Below, piece by piece: positions 62,813-64,000 of a stretch of 64,000 nucleotides of DNA. A program made the position numbers and the translations under genes. The notes under the pieces were generated by a model. That model ran no database searches, was not told where the DNA came from, and saw only the letters and a program-made list of their open reading frames with translations. Position 1 is the first letter of the stretch. Every line of letters starts with the position of its first letter. Source of the DNA: Podarcis tiliguerta. Its lineage: Eukaryota. The DNA is taken from assembly GCA_965153285.1 (NCBI GenBank), contig OZ229111.1; one strand, given 5' to 3'.

Positions 62813-64000
62813 CTATGGCACAGAAACAGCAAGAACAAAGAGCAGATACACAAGACAGTCTAGTTAGTAAAGAGAAGACAATTTTGAATTGCAAGCAAGC
62901 TTTAACAAAGTGCATAACAGGTCGCTATGGTGTAATGATGGATCTTCAGCAATGTGTGTTGATTTCAGGGCCTTTACAATATTCCCAGATGGCCGTTTAT
63001 CATAGTCATTACACATTCTTGAAACCTGGCTCCATAAAACCTCAAAAGCATTTCTTCTGTCTTCAGCATGTTTACTTTGCTTCACTAAAGTTGACCTTAG
63101 CGAGGAAATAAAACTGCTAATATTGCACCTTTGTATAAATCTATGATGGGCCACACTTGTATAGTGCAGCTGTTAGCTATATCTTTAAAAGGCTGTTTGT
63201 GGACCTGAAAATGATGCAGAACAATGGCAACCAAATTTACCAGGGGCCTTAAGCATGTCCCCAACGTAAGGAAAGCTGACCATCTTGATTTGTGGCTAAT
63301 TTTGCTAGCAGGCTAGGTTCAAGGTTCTTGTGTTAGCTCACAAAGCCAAAATCAACTTGGGCCCGAAGTACCTCAGTGACCTTCTGGTCCCTTATACACC
63401 ACCTCACTCCCCGAGATCCTGGTGGTTCCTCACAGGTCTGGGGTTTGGTAGGCCTTCATTACAGGCCTGTAGGGGTTTGGCAGGGACCAGCCCTCCCCTT
63501 CTTTGAGAAGCCCCTTGAAAGCTGTATTTTCTGGACAGGCCTTCCCAACATGCATTTCTTTTTTAAACCAACCAGTATCTACTGATGTTTTAAATTATGT
63601 TTTATAGATGTTTCTAGATTTTATTGTATTTATGCTGCCAGCTGCCTTGATATATTTTATGTATCTGTAGAAAATGCCCCTCCTACAGCACTTTCTAAGC
63701 ACCTAGGAATCAGCTGGTTGTCAGATGCCTGGGAAGTGCTGCTCAAGGGGCTTTGCAAGCTCTTTTGGAAGGAAAACAATGCTCTGCTTTTAGATGGAGC
63801 ATTCTTTTTTTTCTTTCCAAGGAACAGGTACAGAATTCCCACCAATATCTCCAAACTTGCTAGATTGGTTGAACAATCTATCATTGCAGAAAGCCAACTT
63901 TGGGAGTCTGATAACAGTCAATAGAGTTGGGAAGTCCAAACCTCTGTGGGTCTTGAAAGGTAGATGGCACAGTTACTGGCGAGCATTAGCTTCTGCCCTT

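Overview
Vertebrate nuclear DNA, most likely from a squamate (lacertid-like lizard), judged from Sauria SINEs, BovB/RTE, L2, CR1 and tRNA-derived SINEs. The window holds two convergent genes. (1) A complete NDEL1 on the + strand: CpG-island promoter at ~4.95-6.25 kb, a non-coding exon 1, eight coding exons from 16026 to 32955 (344 aa, ending PLSV) and a 3'UTR to ~34.1 kb. (2) The 3' two-thirds of MYH10 (non-muscle myosin IIB) on the - strand: 26 constitutive coding exons from 60496 down to the stop at 36594, plus the 63-nt neural B2 (loop 2) cassette exon at 62750-62812, which the ORF track misses. All exon boundaries were read by hand as GT-AG and the phases chain correctly. Most short ORFs in the ORF track are noise. 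There are no prokaryotic features, CRISPR arrays, rRNA or true tRNA genes. The most interesting unexplained structure is post-transcriptional. NDEL1's last intron holds a cluster of candidate alternative exons that could rebuild an FMGQ-type C-terminus from two exons. The NDEL1 3'UTR has a hairpin that buries a miR-30 site with a Pumilio element in its loop. A palindromic two-way poly(A) signal lies between the genes, and candidate microexons sit next to MYH10 B2. These are sequence-based hypotheses, not demonstrated systems.
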